Of a DNA stretch of 64,000 nt, positions 56,929 through 64,000 are shown in pieces. Numbering within the stretch: position 1 is the first letter of the stretch; each line of letters opens with the position of its first letter. Below the pieces are notes generated by a model. The model was not told where the DNA came from, searched no databases, and saw only the letters and a list, made by a program, of their open reading frames with translations. The position numbers and the translations under genes were made by a program. The stretch spans positions 1 to 64,000 of the forward strand of contig CM000433.1 of the NCBI GenBank assembly GCA_000165345.1, read 5' to 3'.

Positions 56929-57969
56929 ATGTTTTTCAGTAGTGGTAGTTTTGGAGAATCTCCATTTTCAACAAGAAATGAATGTAATTCAAGTACAAGA
57001 AGTAGTAGTATATCTAAAAGTGAATCAAATAATACATTTAATTATTTTAATAATACAAATAGTGATGGCATAGAAAATCGTTGGAATAATAATAATAATA
57101 GTTTAGTAACACCATCCAGAAGAGTATCAATAACAACAAATAATACAACAATTAATAGTAATAATAGAAATGAAAATATGAATAGAATACAAAGAATGTG
57201 TTTACCTGTAAATATATCAATGATATTAAAAAGTTTAGAATCAAGTCCATCAGTTTTTAAGATGTTTGAAAGAAGAATAAGCTCAGTTACATTAGTTGGT
57301 TGGATAACACATAGAGAAATATTAGCTTCAAGAATGATATTTAGAGTATCTGATGGTACTGGTGGAATAGATGCAAGATTTGATATAGATTCAGAGACAT
57401 TAGGGGATGAAATAAATAGTTATTTAGATAATTTAAGAGAAGGAACAATTGTTAGATTAGTTGGTCAAGTAGTACCAGGTAAAGGAGATATTTCAACTTA
57501 TATTAGTTGTTATACAGTATTAAAAATTGAAGAAATGGGTGAATATGCATATTATCATTCAATAGAAGTAGCTTATGTAACTAATCAATTTGAGCAAGAA
57601 ATAATGGAGAATGAATTAAATATTAAAGAAGAAAATAATACATATTTATCTCCTTATACAATTTCTACTAATAATAGTAATACAAATGAATTAATGAATG
57701 AAGATTTTAATTTAGATTTAATAAAAGATATTAATGTACCAGATGATATTACTAATAAAACACATCAAATTGTATATAAAACTTTATCATATGAAATAAT
57801 GAATTTAAAATCAGAAGAAAAGAAATCGCTAGGTATTAATAAAGATCATATAATAAAAATACTCAGACCATATTATGAACCAAGTACAATATTATCAACA
57901 ATATCAGATTTAGAATCAAAATATGCTGTCATATATGAAACAATGGATAATCATTATTGTATTTTATAA
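56929..57969 (+). CDS. RPA2 (RPA32)/Stn1-like OB-fold protein with an Asn/Ser-rich N-terminus (346 aa).
   Basis: The OB-fold signature is typical of the RPA32 family (VTLVGWITHREIL ... FRVSDGTGGIDARFDIDSE ... GTIVRLVGQV). The C-terminal ~70 aa are compatible with a winged-helix domain. Confidence 0.45.
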   Translation: MFFSSGSFGESPFSTRNECNSSTRSSSISKSESNNTFNYFNNTNSDGIENRWNNNNNSLVTPSRRVSITTNNTTINSNNRNENMNRIQRMCLPVNISMILKSLESSPSVFKMFERRISSVTLVGWITHREILASRMIFRVSDGTGGIDARFDIDSETLGDEINSYLDNLREGTIVRLVGQVVPGKGDISTYISCYTVLKIEEMGEYAYYHSIEVAYVTNQFEQEIMENELNIKEENNTYLSPYTISTNNSNTNELMNEDFNLDLIKDINVPDDITNKTHQIVYKTLSYEIMNLKSEEKKSLGINKDHIIKILRPYYEPSTILSTISDLESKYAVIYETMDNHYCIL

Positions 57970-57989
57970 ATAATTAGATTATATTTAAC

Positions 57990-58331
57990 TTAATTCTTCA
58001 TATTTAATAAAATAGAAGATTTAAGATACATTCTAATATGTTTTGATGGATTTTCAACTTCAGGACAAGTTAATGAATGAATGGATTTTATTGGTATAAA
58101 TAAAGTATTAATATTATTATAATTGGCATTGAAATTGGGGGATTTATTTGATTCTTGAATAATTACAATATTTTTTAATTGAATCATTTTTAATCTTTTA
58201 TTTTTAATACTTTTATATTGTGCTTTACTAAGAAATATTTTTCTATATTCCAAGGTACCTTGAATAGTAGATCCATTAATAAGTGTAATTATTACAATTT
58301 TATAATTTATTGAATTCAGTAATAATTCCAT
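57990..58331 (-). CDS. Sm-like fold protein (divergent SmD1/LSm-like, 113 aa), tentative.
   Basis: The N-terminus NYKIVIITLINGSTIQGTLEY matches the Sm1 pattern (h-x-V-x-I-x-L-K/I-N-G-x-x-x-x-G-T-L). A possible Sm2-like LKNIVIIQES follows. Canonical D..MN residues are absent, so the assignment is weak. Confidence 0.35.
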   Translation of the reverse strand: MELLLNSINYKIVIITLINGSTIQGTLEYRKIFLSKAQYKSIKNKRLKMIQLKNIVIIQESNKSPNFNANYNNINTLFIPIKSIHSLTCPEVENPSKHIRMYLKSSILLNMKN

Positions 58332-58701
58332 TAAACTATACTTTTCAAAGTATCTTTGTTGTAATATAATTAATAATAATAATAATAATAGTAATTACCT
58401 AGTGCAAATATATTGTTGCTTACCTATAGTCATTTTTATATTCTTTGTTAAAAAGTATATTTGGTATTTCATAACTTTCTTTATCAAATAAATTTTGATT
58501 CTTTTCTTTTTTAAAATTCATTTTAATTTCACATACTTTTATATTAATTGATTTACTTTAGTTTTAATTTTTTTTTTTCATTTTCATAGATGGGCGGTGG
58601 GGTGGTAACGAATATGATTTTTTTTCCTAGTTTTTTTTTAAATAAAAAAAAAGAGGTATCGGATACCCTTAATTTTTTTTTTTAATAAATTAAAAAAAAT
58701 A

Positions 58702-61700
58702 ATGGTGGAAAAAATATGTTGTAGAATAATAAGCCAGATTCCATTAATTAAGTATTCAAAATTGGGAATAATAGTTAGGATTCATGCAAGTAAATATGTT
58801 TCAGAAGATGAACAACAAATTGATTTAGTTTTTGATATTTATATTGATGAATTAGTACCTTCAAAATCAAATATTTTTTTTGATATCTCTGTTAATAATA
58901 ATAAAGGAGATCTTATATTATTAACATCAGAAAGTTGTTGTGTGGTAGCTGAGATACCTTGGGATAGGAATATTGGAGAATTTCAAAGAATCAATAATAT
59001 ATTTAATTCTGGATCTTCTTCCTCATCATCGTCTTCCTCTTCGTCTTCCTCTTCGTCTTCCTCCTCATCATCATCCTCCTCTTCTTCTTCTTCAACTTCC
59101 AATTCCAATTACAATTCTAAATCAGTAATTAACTTAAATTCTTCACTAACTAATACTAATACTAAAGGACAACATCTCATAAAGTTTAAAAGACCCTCTC
59201 ATTCATATGGACTTTTTGAAGAAGATTATGATATTAATAATTATCATCATTTTAATGAAGATAATAAATATAATAAAGAATTCTATTCTGATAATTATTC
59301 TACAAATCATCCAATATTTAATAAATTAATGAATCATCAAAATAATAAATCACAGGTAACCAATGAATCTTCTTCAAAACAAGAAGATAATAACCTATAT
59401 GTATATAATATACCTTTAGTTACTGGTATTATGGTATTTAATACTTTAAAAATAAAAGATGAACATGATCGAATTTTTCATTTAAATAATAATAATAAAT
59501 CAAATATTATTAAATCATTATGGTATCATTTAGATGATTATATTATATTTATATTAATAAAATCCAATCATAATGATAATAAATCCACATCAAAATTAAT
59601 TGTTTTAGATTTAATTTCTATTATTAATTCTAATAAAGAAATTAATTCTCAAACTTTTAATAATATTGAAAATAATTTTATTATTAATTATTTCAATACA
59701 AATAATAATAATAATCATCATCATGATAATCATAAAATTCCTGTTGATTTTGTATTTGGAAGAGGACCAGATATTTGGAATATATTAACAATTTACATAT
59801 TATTTGAAGATAACACAATCTTTTCTATATGTCCAGTAATTATGAATAGAATGAAATTACCTTATTTTGCATATCAATTATTATATACAAATTTACTTGA
59901 ACAAGAATTTTTATTAAATTCAAAAGATGAAATTATTGATCAAACAGATTTTTATTATGATGAAAATCTTCATAATACTTTAAATATTATTCTTGGAGAT
60001 TTAAGAAATCCTATTGATGAATCTGGGAATATTATTGAAGAAATATTACAAGTTAATATATCTAAAGAAAATTTTCAAATAATATCATCAATATTAAAAC
60101 CTATTCCAATTCAACTTTTTATTTCATGGAAATTAGAAAATCATGAATTTAATAATATTAAATCATTAAAATTCATTTCTATAACAAATTATCCATTATC
60201 AGTATTTATTATTTTAGGATCAAATTTAGAAATTGGTGTCTTTATTGCAAGTTATTTATCATTACCAAAATTTCAAGATAATTCTGATCATAATTTAAAT
60301 CCATGTAAAAAGAATATTTTTATAATGAATAATCAAATAGATGATTTTCAATTAGAAGATATTCAAGATGAATTTAATTTCACACTTCAATGTATTCAGA
60401 AATCTAAAATACCTTTAGATTTTGAAATATCAAATAGTAAATATAATAATGATAATACTAGTATTTATGATCTAGACAAATACAAAGATAAAGACAAAGA
60501 AGAAAATAAAGACGAAGAAGAAAAGGAAAAGGAAGAAGAGGAGGAAGAAGAATTAATAAGGAAAATTATCTCAAAATTAAGATTTTATGATGGAGTACAT
60601 TTTTATAATACTATTGGTACCGATACTACTAATATAAACAACAATAAACCATTATTTATTGTTGGTATTTCAACAGAAAATAATTTATTTGTTATATATA
60701 TTGATTGGTTACATTATTTATTCACTTTGTATTCAACAATAGAATCTGATATTAATTATCAAGATGAGGATAATAAAGTATTACCAGTATCTGAAAACTT
60801 GGAAATCATAAGAAAATGTATTAATTCAAATCCAGAACTAAAAATACACAAGTTAATTTCTTTCAATAATATAAAAGATTATTACAATATTAATTTCAAT
60901 AATACTTATTTAACTTTTACTTCAAATTATTGTATTAATAAAACCAATAGTAATAATAAAATTGACAGAAATAAAGTAGAGATTGAATTTATATATAACT
61001 CCAATTCCAATTCCAATAATAATCAGAACAGAAATTCCAAATGTTATATATTATGTAATCCAGATTATGATGAATTACCAGAAATTTCAAATGATGAAAT
61101 ACAAAATACAAAATCCATTAAAAAAGAATTCAATATTAAAGATTTTATAGATTTGGATAATATTGATAATGATAATAATGTTGATAATAATAATATTGAT
61201 AATGAAATTACACAAGTTGATTATCAATTAAATAAATTAAATGAATATACTCAAGAATCATTATTAATTGAAATGAAGAATTATCATAATAAATTTAATT
61301 TACTTGGAAATGAAATAAAATCAATAAAAGATGAAAAAGAGATTTCTGAATATTATTTAAATGTATTAAAATTCTTGAATGAATATAATTCCAATGTTAT
61401 TTTAAAATTAAATAACACAACAAAGCCAATAATTAATTTGATAGAAAATATTAAGCCCAGAATTAATTTAATAAATGAATTAAAAGAAGAGATTGAAAAT
61501 ACCAATAAGGAAATTAAAAAAAGAGAGGATGAAATTCAATTAAAGATAAAAAATACACTTGAATTAAGCGATTCCATTAATGAAAGAATTTTAAGAATAA
61601 AAAATTTATTCATTCAAGAATTAAATAATCACAGAATTCAATATAACCAAGATGTAATAATTCCAGAGCTTTTATTAATGCTATCAAATGTTCAATTAGA

Positions 61701-61959
61701 ACTTTGTTCTGCCATTTTTAACTCATTTAATAGTAATTTGGATAATACTTCAATAAATAATGGAAATGATGATGGTTCACTTGGTAATAATAATGAAAAA
61801 TGTAAGAATTATGATGAATTTGATCAAAATAAAATTAATTCTTTTAATAATGAATTTAATAATTATATGAAATATAATAAATTTGTGATTAGTAAATTCC
61901 AAAACTTACAGAATAAAATTCTTGAACTGAACAGAATAGTATGTAGTTATTCCAAGTAA
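58702..61959 (+). CDS. Hypothetical Asn-rich protein with a 40-residue poly-Ser tract and an acidic KDKDKEE..EEEEEE block (1085 aa).
   Basis: 3.3-kb ORF. The poly-Ser tract is encoded by (TCN)n at about 59019-59100. No recognisable domain. The C-terminal third is coiled-coil-like (heptad K/E/I/L periodicity). Confidence 0.45.
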   Translation: MVEKICCRIISQIPLIKYSKLGIIVRIHASKYVSEDEQQIDLVFDIYIDELVPSKSNIFFDISVNNNKGDLILLTSESCCVVAEIPWDRNIGEFQRINNIFNSGSSSSSSSSSSSSSSSSSSSSSSSSSSSTSNSNYNSKSVINLNSSLTNTNTKGQHLIKFKRPSHSYGLFEEDYDINNYHHFNEDNKYNKEFYSDNYSTNHPIFNKLMNHQNNKSQVTNESSSKQEDNNLYVYNIPLVTGIMVFNTLKIKDEHDRIFHLNNNNKSNIIKSLWYHLDDYIIFILIKSNHNDNKSTSKLIVLDLISIINSNKEINSQTFNNIENNFIINYFNTNNNNNHHHDNHKIPVDFVFGRGPDIWNILTIYILFEDNTIFSICPVIMNRMKLPYFAYQLLYTNLLEQEFLLNSKDEIIDQTDFYYDENLHNTLNIILGDLRNPIDESGNIIEEILQVNISKENFQIISSILKPIPIQLFISWKLENHEFNNIKSLKFISITNYPLSVFIILGSNLEIGVFIASYLSLPKFQDNSDHNLNPCKKNIFIMNNQIDDFQLEDIQDEFNFTLQCIQKSKIPLDFEISNSKYNNDNTSIYDLDKYKDKDKEENKDEEEKEKEEEEEEELIRKIISKLRFYDGVHFYNTIGTDTTNINNNKPLFIVGISTENNLFVIYIDWLHYLFTLYSTIESDINYQDEDNKVLPVSENLEIIRKCINSNPELKIHKLISFNNIKDYYNINFNNTYLTFTSNYCINKTNSNNKIDRNKVEIEFIYNSNSNSNNNQNRNSKCYILCNPDYDELPEISNDEIQNTKSIKKEFNIKDFIDLDNIDNDNNVDNNNIDNEITQVDYQLNKLNEYTQESLLIEMKNYHNKFNLLGNEIKSIKDEKEISEYYLNVLKFLNEYNSNVILKLNNTTKPIINLIENIKPRINLINELKEEIENTNKEIKKREDEIQLKIKNTLELSDSINERILRIKNLFIQELNNHRIQYNQDVIIPELLLMLSNVQLELCSAIFNSFNSNLDNTSINNGNDDGSLGNNNEKCKNYDEFDQNKINSFNNEFNNYMKYNKFVISKFQNLQNKILELNRIVCSYSK

Positions 61960-62066
61960 TAGGTTTATATTAATTTCCAAAAAAAAAAAAGAAAAAAATA
62001 GTGATTTCAATATAATTTAATAATATTTGTTTAATAATGGTATTAATGAGGTTATAGTGATAATAA

Positions 62067-63989
<1,923 letters not shown>

Positions 63990-64000
63990 TTCTTTTCGTG

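Noticed and set aside
58380-58440. Possible tiny 5' exon (ATGACTATAG|GTAAGC) upstream of the Sm-like ORF.
   Set aside because: I tried joining the GT donor to nearby AG acceptors, and every combination produced an immediate in-frame stop. The ORF already begins with a plausible Sm N-terminal helix, so no intron model could be supported.

Overview
The window is eukaryotic, not prokaryotic. It is about 70% AT and carries long uninterrupted ORFs in the standard code, separated by 0.3-1.7 kb intergenic spacers. The spacers contain GGCGCC / TTTCCCGCCAAA (E2F-like) islands. Encoded proteins include centrin, PEP carboxylase, RRP6, CDC5/CEF1, TRM10, a ferlin-like multi-C2 protein, a SMARCAL1-like SNF2 ATPase and an RPA2-like OB-fold protein. 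Together this fits a compact, intron-poor apicomplexan chromosome segment. Cryptosporidium-like is my best guess; it is an inference and cannot be confirmed without a database search. No rRNA, tRNA, CRISPR or transposon could be supported.

The left third has two parts. Positions 1-4443 are an unusually long gene-free AT-rich stretch. They are followed by four same-strand genes at 4444-19255, each encoding a signal-peptide, low-complexity, Cys-motif protein. One of these is a 1884-aa proline-rich mosaic tandem-repeat protein. This accessory-looking secreted-protein island is the most unusual content.

The rest of the window is mostly conserved housekeeping genes, interspersed with several large lineage-specific low-complexity ORFs.

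All calls are by-eye motif recognition on the supplied six-frame translations. No searches were run.
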